Shown here: positions 38,643 through 47,804 of the stretch, piece after piece
Numbering within the stretch: the stretch's first letter is position 1
Layout of the letters: every line of letters starts with the position of its first letter
Assembly: GCA_964561365.1 (NCBI GenBank)
Contig: CAZLPF010000001.1
Coordinates: 14,581 to 78,580 of the forward strand
DNA length: 64,000 bases
Direction: 5' to 3'
Source: an uncultured Candidatus Saccharibacteria bacterium
Lineage (GTDB): Bacteria; Patescibacteriota; Doudnabacteria; UBA920
Notes under the pieces: generated by a model
Databases searched by the model: none
Told to the model about the DNA's origin: nothing
The model's input: the letters and a program-made list of their open reading frames with translations, nothing else
Made by a program: the position numbers and the translations under genes

Positions 38643-41621
38643 TCAGGCTAGGTGCCGGTAGGCGCAGCGGTGGTCGCGGACCTTCTCGTGCTCTTCTGAA
38701 AAGAGGTCGAACTCGGTCACGTGGACGATCCGCTCAATGGTTTTCAGGAAGCCGTCCTTGAGCTCCCCGAGGCGCTCGGGGGTCGCGAGCTCTTCTTCCA
38801 CGAGCTGGTCGGGGCAGAGGTACCAGTAGGTCATGCCGGCGACGGGTTCGCTCAGGAACTCCTCGGCCGCCCACTGGTAAATGTAGAGCTGGTCGAGGTC
38901 CGGCTTGTCGGACTTCTCGGGGACCTTTTCCCCGGTTTTGTAGTCAAAAATGTAGAGCCCGCCGTGGGTTTCGTCCATGCGGTCGATGCGGCCGGTGAAC
39001 TGGTACGGCCCGAGCGGCAGCTTGAAGGGCTGCTCTAAGTATTTCGGCGTGGGCGTGCGCGCTTCGGAGCGCCGGTAGAAGTGCTCGAGGACGCTCTGCC
39101 CGCGCGCGCGGTACTCGGCTTTCTGAATTTTCGTTTTGTACCACTCGTCGATCCAGCACTCGTCGTAGAGCTCGGCGAGCCGCTCCTTTGGCGGCAGGAC
39201 CGGCGCCGCCGGGGCGGCGGCGAATAGGTCGGCCTGCGCGCCGGCCCCCGCTCCCCTGAACTCTTTCAGGTAGCGCTCGAGCACCCGGTGGATGGTTTGG
39301 CCGAAGCTCAGGGCGGCCGAGCCCGGGCTCGGCATCTTTAGGTAGTACTGGTACTTGTACTGCAGCGGGCAGGTTTCGAAGGCCCGGAGCGCCGAGTAGG
39401 AAAACTTCGTCGGCAGGTCTTTGTACACGGCTTTCTTGGCCGTGGGCGCGGTCTGCCCGAACACCACGCGGCCGGTGGCCTTCGTCCCCTCTTTCGGCGC
39501 CGGCAAAAGGCCCGACTCTACGAGGAACGGCGACGGTTTTTTGAGCGTCTTTCCGCCGTAGTCCTTGGCCCACGAAAGGTAGAGGTGGCGCTTGGCCCGC
39601 GTGACGGCGACGTAGAACAGCCGGCGCTCTTCTTCGAGGTGGAAGTCGCCGCTCGGCAGCTGGTCTTTAATGAGCGCGGCCGGCAGCTCGAGGCTCTCGC
39701 CGCGCGCGCGGGTCGGGAATCGCTGCTCGACCATGCCGACGACGAAGACGTAGGTGAACTCCAGGCCCTTGGCCGAGTGCACGGTCATGACCTTCGCGCT
39801 CTCGGGGCCCAGGTTCGGGTCCTGCTGAATCTGGCCTTCGTCACCAGCTTCGAGCCGAAGGTCGAGCTCGTGCAGGAAACCGTGCACGCCCCGGTCTGCG
39901 CTCCGCTGCACGAACTCCTCAACCTGGCGGTAGAACTGCTCGAGCAGCTCGCGGTTCTCCACGTTCTCCGGCGTCTCTTCTTTCAGCAGGTCTTCGACGT
40001 GGAGGTCGGACACCGCCTCGACGAAGACCTCGTTCGCCCCGCGCGTTTGGGCGGCCGCCGCGTGCTTCTGCACGAGCTCGACGAGCGCCGCCGCCCGCCG
40101 CGCGGCCTCGGGGGAGAGCCCGTCGACTTCCCGGGCCCGCGCGGCGACCTCGAACAGCGAGCGCGTGCGCTTGACCGACTCCTGGAGCAGGAGCGCGAGC
40201 TCCTGGGGTTCGAGCTTCCAGTGCGGAAGCTGCAGGGCCCGGTACATGGCGGCCGGGTCGTGGACGTTCACGAGCAGCCGCAGGTAGCTAATGAGGTCCG
40301 AGATGAGCGTTTTCCGGTAGAGGCCGGTGCTGGCCACGAAGGTGTGCGGCACGCCGTAGGCGGCCAGGACCGGCAGCAGCTCTTCGGCCCCGGCGTTGCT
40401 GCGCACGAGCACGCCGAAGTCGTTCCAGGAAGCCTGGTCCCCCGCCCCGTCTTTCAGCGCGATCATTTTTTTAACCACGAGGTGCAGCTCTTCGGTCTGG
40501 TCCGTGCCCTCGATGACCGCCACGACGCCTGCTTCCTTCGCGGAGGCCTTGAGGCGCTTGTCTATGCCGAGGGCTACCTCGAGCCGGTCGGGGTTGTTGT
40601 GCTGTATGAAGTTGTAAGCCAGGTCCAAAATGTTCTGGCTCGAGCGGTAGTTCTCCACGAGCGTCACCTGGGCGGCGCTCGGGTAGTCTTTGCGGAACGC
40701 CAGGATGTTCGAAACCGAGGCGCCGCGGAACTTGTAAATGGACTGGTCGTCATCGCCGACCACGGTCAGGTTCTGGTGCTTCTGGGCTATGAGCTTCACG
40801 AGCTCGTACTGGGCGTAGTTCGTGTCCTGGAACTCGTCGACGAGCACGAGCTTGAACTTGTCCTGGTAGCGCGCGAGGACCGCCGGCCGCTCGCGGAAGA
40901 GCTTGAGCGCGTAGGAAATGAGGTCGCCGAAGTCCAGGGCGCCGGCGCCCAGCAGCAGGCGCTGGTAGGTGTGGTAGGCATTCGCGAGCTCCGTGGCCCG
41001 TGCCGCTTCCCCGCTGGCCGGACCTTCGGTGGCAACATCGGCGTTGGCCTTGAGCCCTCCGGCGTACTTCAGGTAGTCGTCGGGGGTTATGAGCTCGTCC
41101 TTGCAGCGCGAGAAGTGCTTGAGCATAGCCGAAATGAACTTCGATGGGTTCCCGAGGGGCCGGTAGTAGTCGAGCTCAAACTGGTGGAGGTTGTCGTGGA
41201 CGAGGACCCACTGCTCGGCTTCGGTCAGGAGCCGGAAGTTGTCCGGCAGGCCGACCTCGAGCCCCCGCTCTTCCAGCACGCGCTGGCAGAAGCTGTGGAA
41301 GGTCGAGATCCAGGTGTCGGCGTAGCCTAGGGGGAGTATCAAGTCCACGCGCTCGCGCATTTCGGTCGCGGCCTTTTCGGTGAACGTCAGGGCGAGGATT
41401 TCTTCGGGTTTGGCGAGATTGCCGGAAACCGCGCGGGCGATGCGCCGCGTTATGACGGTGGTCTTGCCCGTGCCGGCGCCGGCGACAATGAGCAGCGGCC
41501 CGGCCCCGCGGGTCACGGCCTCGGCCTGCCGTTCGTTTAAGCCTTCGAGCAAGCCGTCTCCGCCGGCCGGCGGAGACGGCTTCTCGACCTTCGCCGGTTT
41601 CTTTTTGCGCTCAGCTGCCAT
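38643..41621 (-). CDS. UvrD/PcrA-like SF1 helicase fused to C-terminal PD-(D/E)XK nuclease (AdnA/B-like)
   Basis: AGAGTGKT, TFTEKAA, DEFQD, VGDDDQSIY, NYRS, HSAKGLEF, EERRLFYVAVTRA; GRIDRMD..IFDYKTG. Confidence 0.93.
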   Translation of the reverse strand: MAAERKKKPAKVEKPSPPAGGDGLLEGLNERQAEAVTRGAGPLLIVAGAGTGKTTVITRRIARAVSGNLAKPEEILALTFTEKAATEMRERVDLILPLGYADTWISTFHSFCQRVLEERGLEVGLPDNFRLLTEAEQWVLVHDNLHQFELDYYRPLGNPSKFISAMLKHFSRCKDELITPDDYLKYAGGLKANADVATEGPASGEAARATELANAYHTYQRLLLGAGALDFGDLISYALKLFRERPAVLARYQDKFKLVLVDEFQDTNYAQYELVKLIAQKHQNLTVVGDDDQSIYKFRGASVSNILAFRKDYPSAAQVTLVENYRSSQNILDLAYNFIQHNNPDRLEVALGIDKRLKASAKEAGVVAVIEGTDQTEELHLVVKKMIALKDGAGDQASWNDFGVLVRSNAGAEELLPVLAAYGVPHTFVASTGLYRKTLISDLISYLRLLVNVHDPAAMYRALQLPHWKLEPQELALLLQESVKRTRSLFEVAARAREVDGLSPEAARRAAALVELVQKHAAAAQTRGANEVFVEAVSDLHVEDLLKEETPENVENRELLEQFYRQVEEFVQRSADRGVHGFLHELDLRLEAGDEGQIQQDPNLGPESAKVMTVHSAKGLEFTYVFVVGMVEQRFPTRARGESLELPAALIKDQLPSGDFHLEEERRLFYVAVTRAKRHLYLSWAKDYGGKTLKKPSPFLVESGLLPAPKEGTKATGRVVFGQTAPTAKKAVYKDLPTKFSYSALRAFETCPLQYKYQYYLKMPSPGSAALSFGQTIHRVLERYLKEFRGAGAGAQADLFAAAPAAPVLPPKERLAELYDECWIDEWYKTKIQKAEYRARGQSVLEHFYRRSEARTPTPKYLEQPFKLPLGPYQFTGRIDRMDETHGGLYIFDYKTGEKVPEKSDKPDLDQLYIYQWAAEEFLSEPVAGMTYWYLCPDQLVEEELATPERLGELKDGFLKTIERIVHVTEFDLFSEEHEKVRDHRCAYRHLA

Positions 41622-41632
41622 GAAAAAAATTG

Positions 41633-42085
41633 TTAGGTCCGGCGCTGGCCGGAAATGAAGCTCGCCCACTTGTTCCAGAGGTCCTGGCCCTCGTCTTTGT
41701 AGTTGGCCCAGAACTGCTGCGGCCGGACTATGCGCACGCCCCGGTAGCGCTCTATGGAGAGCAGGTCGTTGTCCGAGGTCACGAGGTAGTCGGCCCGGGC
41801 CTCGACCGCGCTCTCGAGGATTTTATTGTCCTCGCGGTCGCGCACGATCCGCACCTGGCGGTAGTTCGGCACGTCCGAGACCTGCGCGAAGAACTCGTTC
41901 AGCTCCCGCTTGTAGTCGTCGTTGTCCACCACCTGCCTGAGGAGCAGCTTGTTCTCGCGGAGCGTCTGCTTGTTCGCGAAGGCCTCAATCTCCCCGCGCG
42001 CCACCGCGTCGATGATCTTCTTCTCGTAGCTGTACTCGTCGCGGAAGCCGTCGATGAGCACGTTCGTATCTAAAACGATTTTCAC
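41633..42085 (-). CDS. PIN-domain protein (PIN_3/putative toxin component family)
   Basis: GTG start, KIVLDTNVLI, RDREDNKILESA, YLVTSDNDLL. Confidence 0.88.
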   Translation of the reverse strand: MKIVLDTNVLIDGFRDEYSYEKKIIDAVARGEIEAFANKQTLRENKLLLRQVVDNDDYKRELNEFFAQVSDVPNYRQVRIVRDREDNKILESAVEARADYLVTSDNDLLSIERYRGVRIVRPQQFWANYKDEGQDLWNKWASFISGQRRT

Positions 42086-42639
42086 TGCTCGTGCGGCTTG
42101 GCGAAGTCGTCGCGGGTCTTCATGGGCACCTTCGGCTGCCGCAGGAACTTGCCCTGGTCCTCGTCCATGTCCACGAAGCGCTCGGCGGCCTCGCGCAGCT
42201 TGCCCGAGCACGAGCGCCCGAAGGTCACGACCTCGAAGCCCACCCCGAGCTCCTTGAGGTACTCGGCGAGGGGCAGGTAGTCGCCGTCGCCGCTGCACAG
42301 GACAATGGTGTCCACCGCCGGAATGGTCCGGATAATGTCTACGGTCAGCCCCACGTCCCAGTCTCCTTTCTGCTGCCCGCCGGCGAACGTCTGGAGCTCT
42401 TTGACCTTGAGCTGCCAGCCGCCCTTCTGGAGGGCGTCGAAGAAGGTGTGCTCGAGCGGCTCCTTGGCCTGCACGACGTAGGCCATGGCCCGCGCCAGGT
42501 GCCGGCCGTTTACGGCCGCGGCTAGGACCGCGTTGAAGTCGACCCGCTTGCTGTAGAGGTAGCGGGCGCTGTAGTAGAGGTTCTGGACGTCGGCGAACAC
42601 GCCGACGCGCTGGTAGCGGACGTCAGGGGAAATGTTCAT
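42082..42639 (-). CDS. NYN-domain (LabA/DUF88) protein
   Basis: FADVQNLY, KGDWDVGLTVD, LCSGDGDY. Confidence 0.92.
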   Translation of the reverse strand: MNISPDVRYQRVGVFADVQNLYYSARYLYSKRVDFNAVLAAAVNGRHLARAMAYVVQAKEPLEHTFFDALQKGGWQLKVKELQTFAGGQQKGDWDVGLTVDIIRTIPAVDTIVLCSGDGDYLPLAEYLKELGVGFEVVTFGRSCSGKLREAAERFVDMDEDQGKFLRQPKVPMKTRDDFAKPHEQ

Positions 42640-43676
42640 GTGCGGTCGGTCAGGAGCGGGTCGGGTTCGGGCTTGGCCTCGACCTGGAGGTTGGCCGCGT
42701 TCTCAATGCTGCCGCGGAGCTTCATGAAATCCGTGCTGACCGTGCCCATCATGTTGCCGGCGTTCTTTATGTGCACCGAGAGCTTGTCTAGGTTGTCGCC
42801 GAACTTGTCGCTCTCTTTCTTCATGCCGGAAATCATGTTCAGGAGCTGGCCGGCGGCTTTGTTCATCTGCTGGCCGCGGAGCGAAATTAAGATGCTCTTG
42901 AGCAGCAGGTGGAGGCTGTTGGGGCCGGCCATGAAGATCTGTTTGCTCCGCGCGTACTCCGAGGCTTCGGACGACTGGGAGATTTCCTGGAACACGCCCT
43001 CGCCGGGGACGAACATGACCGCGTACTCGAGCGTGCCCTCCTGCGGCAGAATGTACTTTTTGTGGATTTCGTCGATGCGCTTCTTCACGTCTTTCAGGAA
43101 GGCTTTGCGCAGGGTGTCCTGGCTGTCGGGGGTGCCGGCTTCCTGGAGCAGCCGGAAGTTCTCGAGCGAGAATTTGCTGTCGACCGAGAGCATGCGCCGC
43201 TCTTCGCCGACCCATACCACGGCGTCTACCACCTCGCCGCTCTTGAAGCGGTACTGGGCCTCGAAGCCGCCCTGCGGCAGCACCTGCTGGAGCAGGTTCT
43301 CGAGCAGCTCTTCGCCGAAGTTGCCGCGCATTTTGCTGTTGGCGAGCGTTTCGGTCAGCCGCTTTATGTCCGGGCCAATGTTCTGCTGGACCTGCGAGAG
43401 TTGGCCGAGCTCGCGCTGCAGCAGCGAAATGACCTTGGCGGCGTTGTCGAGCCGCTCGTTTATGGCTTTGTTCGTTTCGTTCAGGCTCTGCTGGGTGCCC
43501 TCGCGGATGCTGTCCGTGCCCTGCTTTATCTCTTTCATCCACTCCATCATGACCCCGAGGGCCTGGTTGTCCTGGGGTTGGTTGAGCCTAGCTTTCAGCT
43601 GCCAGACCACGTAGAGCAGGACCCCGATTGCAAGTAAAACTATGGCCCCGAGCGCAAATAAAACTTGGGTATTCAT
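42636..43676 (-). CDS. rmuC: DNA recombination protein RmuC family
   Basis: N-terminal TM and coiled coil, RGNFGEELLE, VDSKF, KKYI, MFVPGE, GPNSL. Confidence 0.9.
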   Translation of the reverse strand: MNTQVLFALGAIVLLAIGVLLYVVWQLKARLNQPQDNQALGVMMEWMKEIKQGTDSIREGTQQSLNETNKAINERLDNAAKVISLLQRELGQLSQVQQNIGPDIKRLTETLANSKMRGNFGEELLENLLQQVLPQGGFEAQYRFKSGEVVDAVVWVGEERRMLSVDSKFSLENFRLLQEAGTPDSQDTLRKAFLKDVKKRIDEIHKKYILPQEGTLEYAVMFVPGEGVFQEISQSSEASEYARSKQIFMAGPNSLHLLLKSILISLRGQQMNKAAGQLLNMISGMKKESDKFGDNLDKLSVHIKNAGNMMGTVSTDFMKLRGSIENAANLQVEAKPEPDPLLTDRT

Positions 43677-43793
43677 GGCTTAATTGTAACATAAACGCCA
43701 CCTTTTTCATTACCCATTTCAGCCCAATCACCCGTGCTAAATCGAAACCGGCACCCACGGGAGTGCCGGTAGTCGGTAATGTCTGCCGCCCGG

Positions 43794-44081
43794 TTACTGG
43801 GCGGGCTTTTGCGCTTCGGGCTTTGCGGCAAGCGCCTCAAGCCTCTCGCATGGGACGTACGTGATTTGCACGGTGTTGTTGTAGAAAGAAACAACAGTCG
43901 CCGTGGCGTACATCGAGTAGCACACGCCAGGACGCTTGGGGTCCTTTACGTACACCATCTTGGAAACCACTTCGTTGGCCTTGTCTGGGCCAATGGCGGT
44001 GATTGCTGGGCCGAAGCCCCGAAGCAACATCATCCCAAGCACAATCGCGACACCGATCGCGAACATCTTACCAAGTGACAT
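43794..44081 (-). CDS. Small secreted/membrane hypothetical protein (2 Cys)
   Basis: AAGGAGG SD; promoter TTGACA-17-TAAAAT upstream; N-terminal hydrophobic segment; YVKDP..GVCY..VPC. Confidence 0.7.
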   Translation of the reverse strand: MSLGKMFAIGVAIVLGMMLLRGFGPAITAIGPDKANEVVSKMVYVKDPKRPGVCYSMYATATVVSFYNNTVQITYVPCERLEALAAKPEAQKPAQ

Positions 44082-44143
44082 GATATATCCTCCTTATATA
44101 TTTTACTATATTTAGAAGATTTTGTCAATTTATCCTTGACGAA

Positions 44144-44170
44144 TTAGCAGTCTCGGTATTAGACTGCTAA
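44144..44170 (+). promoter_or_regulatory. CIRCE-like operator (HrcA site) overlapping the hsp20 promoter
   Basis: TTAGCAGTC-N9-GACTGCTAA perfect inverted repeat (consensus TTAGCACTC-N9-GAGTGCTAA); TTGACG at 44136 and TAGACT at 44160. Confidence 0.85.
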
Positions 44171-44224
44171 TAGGATTAACTAGGTTCCAACAAGGAGGGG
44201 CGGAACCTAAAAGAAAGGAAACCA

Positions 44225-44644
44225 ATGGTCAACTTAATCCCCCGCTCCGCATTCGGGCTGTCCCGCTTGCCGAGCATTTGGGACGACGCCGACGACCTCT
44301 GGCCGCTCTCCGGCACCGCCGGTTCTTCCGGCCTTTCGGTCTCGGAAGACGACCGGCACGTCTACGTGGAGGCCCAGGTTCCGGGCGTAGATGCCGACAA
44401 GGTCGACGTGACCTTTGACCAGGGCATGCTCTGGATAAAGGCCGCGCAGGACCGTGAAGAGAAGAACGAACAGCGGAAGTTCTACCGCCGCTCGGCGTCC
44501 AGCTTCTCCTACCGCGTGGCCATTCCCGGAGACGTGGACGAGACGAAAGAACCCGAGGCGACCTGTAAGAACGGCATCATGAAAGTGACGTTCACCAAGC
44601 GCCCCGAGGTCCAGCCAAAAAAGATTTCGGTCCGGAAAGAGTAA
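44225..44644 (+). CDS. Small heat-shock protein (Hsp20/alpha-crystallin)
   Basis: VSEDD..VYVEAQVPGV, FSYRVAIPGDVD, ATCKNGIMKVTF, KKISV. Confidence 0.93.
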   Translation: MVNLIPRSAFGLSRLPSIWDDADDLWPLSGTAGSSGLSVSEDDRHVYVEAQVPGVDADKVDVTFDQGMLWIKAAQDREEKNEQRKFYRRSASSFSYRVAIPGDVDETKEPEATCKNGIMKVTFTKRPEVQPKKISVRKE

Positions 44645-44647
44645 TAT

Positions 44648-44681
44648 AAAAAAACCGGTCAACCTTTTGGCCGGTTTTTTT
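44648..44681. terminator. Bidirectional terminator
   Basis: A7-CCGGTCAA..TTGGCCGG-T7. Confidence 0.8.
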
Positions 44682-44686
44682 ATTTA

Positions 44687-45322
44687 TTATTGATAGCTTA
44701 TTATCTCCGAGCTATCATCGAGCTCCTTAAATAACTGAGTTGTCGAATAATTTGTATTATAGGCATCATAATAATTTATTTGGATTTTTAATCCAGGCAA
44801 TCCTGCGGACTTGGCAGCTTTTAAGAATTCCATCAAAACTAATCCTGTAACCGGTTTACCTAAATTATCTAAAACGATTGTACCTGCTTTGTCAGGCACA
44901 ACGACTGTCTTGTTTAAAAAAGTTAATATTTTATTTGAATCTAGTGGGCTTATTATTGGAGCCATTTTAACATTGCGAGCAAGACCATTCCCAACATTTT
45001 TCAAGTAAAAAAACGATTCTTGTTTATCAAAATTTGAAATTATAAAAGGGGCTCGCTGAAAATTGTATTGCTTAATATTTACTTCCTTAAGATCATGCGT
45101 CTCTTTTGTATAAATCAAAACAACAATTCCAGTAAAGGAGATAACGTAAATATTTACTTTATCTTTTAGCTCTTCATTTCCAAGAATTTGCTGAAAAACA
45201 CAAACTAGTAGGATTGAAAGTAAAAAAATTGCCCAGCTGCAAAAATCAAGAGTTGTCTTTCTTTTTAAGAAGGAATTAACTTCCCCTATTTTTTTATCTA
45301 GAAATATAAACATGTTTAACAA
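44687..45322 (-). CDS. AT-rich hypothetical protein, 2 TM plus soluble domain
   Basis: Uninterrupted 211-codon ORF in AT-rich DNA; YTKET, LKNVGNGLARNV; start may be ATG 45313. Confidence 0.7.
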   Translation of the reverse strand: MLNMFIFLDKKIGEVNSFLKRKTTLDFCSWAIFLLSILLVCVFQQILGNEELKDKVNIYVISFTGIVVLIYTKETHDLKEVNIKQYNFQRAPFIISNFDKQESFFYLKNVGNGLARNVKMAPIISPLDSNKILTFLNKTVVVPDKAGTIVLDNLGKPVTGLVLMEFLKAAKSAGLPGLKIQINYYDAYNTNYSTTQLFKELDDSSEIISYQ

Positions 45323-46357
45323 TTATTTAAAAAGCAAATTTATTAAGATTTGCTGTTCATCAAAAACAAATTTATTTGCCTTAGCTTTTATTAGTGGAAG
45401 CCAGTAGGCGCGGTCGAGGTCCCATTCGGATCGGCGGATGGGATCTTGTATTACCCCGGTGCGGTAGGTAGCTTTTCGGACGAGGGCGATGATACGGTTG
45501 TTGCCGCCGTTTCGGTTGTAGCTCCAAGTGTAGGTGCCTAAAGTGGCATCGCTCGGCGAAACTTCCACACCTGTTTCTTCCTTTACCCGTTGGGTCAACG
45601 CCTGGTCAGGGTCTACGCCAGTGGCGAGCATTTTGCCGCCGGGGAGCGCGTACTTGCCGCGGACTTTTTTTGAAACGTTCTTTCGGTCCGCGTACTTTAT
45701 GACCAGCATGCCGCGGTCTTTGTCGGTCACCACGACCTTTTGGGCAATGTAGGACCGGCTGTTTGAAGAATTTTGCATCAAATGGCTGTCGAGGTACGGG
45801 TAGCTGGTGCGGTAGTAGCCCACGGCGTCGTCTATGACGCTCAGGCTCTTAAAGATGCTCTCGCTCCCCCACCGCAGCTTCAGGTAGCTGATCAGTTCGT
45901 TAAAGTCGTGCAGGACTACGTCGCACGGGACGCTCACGAACGGGTGTACCCAGTTCCGGTGCGTGGTGCCGTTTAGGGTGAAGCTGTCTTTTACGAATTT
46001 GCTGCCGCGCGCGGCCAAACCTACCAGGGGCTTTCCGTAGTACTTGGCTATGAGCATTTCCTGCGATCCGCCGACGGAAATGTCGTCGCTCAGGTACACG
46101 AGCACCAGGTCGGCTTTGGAAATGAGGAAGCAGTCGCGGCCGAAAATGGCTTTCGGGTCGGTTTCCGGCAGGCTGCGGCCGTCCCGGGTGCGGGCGGGGT
46201 CGAGGTGCGTTACGTTCATGCTGGTAGCTGCTGAAAGGCGGCTGCACAGCTCGTCGCGCCAGCGTTCGGTGCCGAACGAAGAGTTCCCGGAGACTTTTCC
46301 GGCTACGTAGAGCGTCAGGTTTTTGGTGTCTTTCGGCATAGCTTCCGTTGACGGCAT
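45323..46357 (-). CDS. Nucleoside 2-deoxyribosyltransferase-like domain fused to degenerate NUDIX domain
   Basis: LYVAG, HLDP, RDCFLISKAD, SVGGSQEM..A...GKP; LPGGK...VKEETGV; start may be ATG 46339. Confidence 0.75.
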   Translation of the reverse strand: MPSTEAMPKDTKNLTLYVAGKVSGNSSFGTERWRDELCSRLSAATSMNVTHLDPARTRDGRSLPETDPKAIFGRDCFLISKADLVLVYLSDDISVGGSQEMLIAKYYGKPLVGLAARGSKFVKDSFTLNGTTHRNWVHPFVSVPCDVVLHDFNELISYLKLRWGSESIFKSLSVIDDAVGYYRTSYPYLDSHLMQNSSNSRSYIAQKVVVTDKDRGMLVIKYADRKNVSKKVRGKYALPGGKMLATGVDPDQALTQRVKEETGVEVSPSDATLGTYTWSYNRNGGNNRIIALVRKATYRTGVIQDPIRRSEWDLDRAYWLPLIKAKANKFVFDEQQILINLLFK

Positions 46358-46392
46358 TATTCACCCCCGGCTCTGTGCGGTCAATTGCAAAG

Positions 46393-46428
46393 AAAAACCC
46401 TTCCCCGCCTGCTGGCGGGAAAGGGTTT
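46393..46428 (-). terminator. Intrinsic terminator
   Basis: AAAAACCCTTcCCCGCC..GGCGGGaAAGGGTTT. Confidence 0.7.
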
Positions 46429-46439
46429 GCTCGGTTTCT

Positions 46440-46991
46440 TTAGCGGGCGTAATCGTAGCCCGGATCGTAGTCTGCGCCGCTGTCGCTCGGGTAGGTCTGC
46501 TGGTACTGCTGCATGACGCGCTCTAGGTCCCGGTCGCCGTAGTAGCCGGAGCGCGGGCCGTTGCCGCCCTTGACCATGGCAAAAATGAACAGCGCGAAGA
46601 GGATGAGCCCGGGAATGAGGACCCACATGAGGCCCTTCTTGGCTTCGGCTGCGTCGTCGGTCTGGAACGCGAACGGCGGGTACTTGTCGGTGAGGCCGAA
46701 GAAGTAGGTGTTCACGCGCGCCTGCCAGTTGAACACGCCCTTCACGAGCGCGAACATGGGGCGGGGGTAGCGGCCGGTGAACAGCACCGCAATCTGGCCC
46801 ACGACGGCGCCAATGAAGGCGCAGAAAGCCAGGATGTAAATGACAACGAGGTGCGGAATGAGCATCAGGGGCTTCACGAACCCGAGGAGCGTGGCGAGCG
46901 CGAGCCAGCGCGACGAGCTTTCCGGGTACGGGACCGCGAGCTGCACCGGGTGCTTCATTTCCGGCTGCGGGGGCATGGGTACGGTTTCCAT
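46440..46991 (-). CDS. DUF4389-like membrane protein
   Basis: SRWLA, LIPH, VLFTGRYP, WQARVNTY, LTDKYPPF. Confidence 0.82.
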   Translation of the reverse strand: METVPMPPQPEMKHPVQLAVPYPESSSRWLALATLLGFVKPLMLIPHLVVIYILAFCAFIGAVVGQIAVLFTGRYPRPMFALVKGVFNWQARVNTYFFGLTDKYPPFAFQTDDAAEAKKGLMWVLIPGLILFALFIFAMVKGGNGPRSGYYGDRDLERVMQQYQQTYPSDSGADYDPGYDYAR

Positions 46992-47064
46992 AGGTTTCGT
47001 TATCGGTTACCTGTTTTCTTTATTGTAGTACAGCCGCGGGGAATGTACAGCCGGAGTTGCGGGG

Positions 47065-47721
47065 TCAGCGAGCGGCGAGCGTTCGGAGGTCCGCGTTCGT
47101 CAGCAGACGTTTCTGCGCGCCGCCGAGGGCGACCGCAATGAGCGCCCGGGCGAGGCTGACGGAGGTAATAACGAGCGACGGCACCACGAGGCGCAAAATT
47201 GGGAAGAGCGCGGCCACGAACGGTTCGTACCACGGCCCGCGGTCGCTCGGGTGGACGGGGTAAATAATGTTCGGGCGCGCGATGAACAGGCGGCGCAGCC
47301 CGAGCCTTTGCAGCGCGGTTTCGGCCTCCCCCTTCACCCGCCCGAACAGGGTCCAGGCCTTTCCGCTCTGGTCTGCGCCGGCGCCGCTGACGAACACGAA
47401 GGTCAGGTTCGGGTTTACCTTTGCAATGGTTTCCGCTGCGGCGAGGGTGTAGCCGAACGTTATTTCCCGGTACCGCTGCTCGTTTACCTGGGACTGGGCA
47501 ATGCCGAGCGCCCAGATGCAGGCGTCGCTCTCTTTAAAGAGCTGCTCGAGGGGCGCGTAATCTAGAAAATTTTCGTGGCGGACTTCGGTGAGCTTGGCGT
47601 CGCGCAGGCCGAGCGGGCGGCGGACGATCGCCGTAACGGCATGAATTCTGGGGTCCGAGAGCGCCTGCCGAACCACCTCGGAGCCCACCATGCCGGTCGC
47701 GCCGGTAACAATGAGATTCAT
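47065..47721 (-). CDS. NAD(P)-binding Rossmann protein (TIP30/CC3-like atypical SDR)
   Basis: VTGATGMVG, FVSGAGAD, RVKGEAE, IARP; start ATG 47721 after TATACT. Confidence 0.87.
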   Translation of the reverse strand: MNLIVTGATGMVGSEVVRQALSDPRIHAVTAIVRRPLGLRDAKLTEVRHENFLDYAPLEQLFKESDACIWALGIAQSQVNEQRYREITFGYTLAAAETIAKVNPNLTFVFVSGAGADQSGKAWTLFGRVKGEAETALQRLGLRRLFIARPNIIYPVHPSDRGPWYEPFVAALFPILRLVVPSLVITSVSLARALIAVALGGAQKRLLTNADLRTLAAR

Positions 47722-47756
47722 AGCGTTCAGTATAGCGCGTCGGCCGAGCCTCAACC

Positions 47757-47785
47757 TTGCTTTTTTAAGCCAGTTTAGGTAAAAT
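47757..47785 (+). promoter_or_regulatory. sigma70 promoter of tRNA cluster
   Basis: TTGCTT-17-TAAAAT. Confidence 0.65.
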
Positions 47786-47804
47786 GCTCGAGGTTCCCTG
47801 GTAT

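Noticed and set aside
38643-39420. Cas4/AddB-like nuclease as evidence of a CRISPR system
   Set aside because: It is the C-terminal domain of the UvrD fusion, lacks a full four-Cys cluster, and has no cas neighbours
39585-41330. Long antisense ORFs (581 aa here; also 13472-14839, 37240-38394, 61273-62997)
   Set aside because: Shadow frames of high-GC3 genes on the opposite strand, with no motifs of their own
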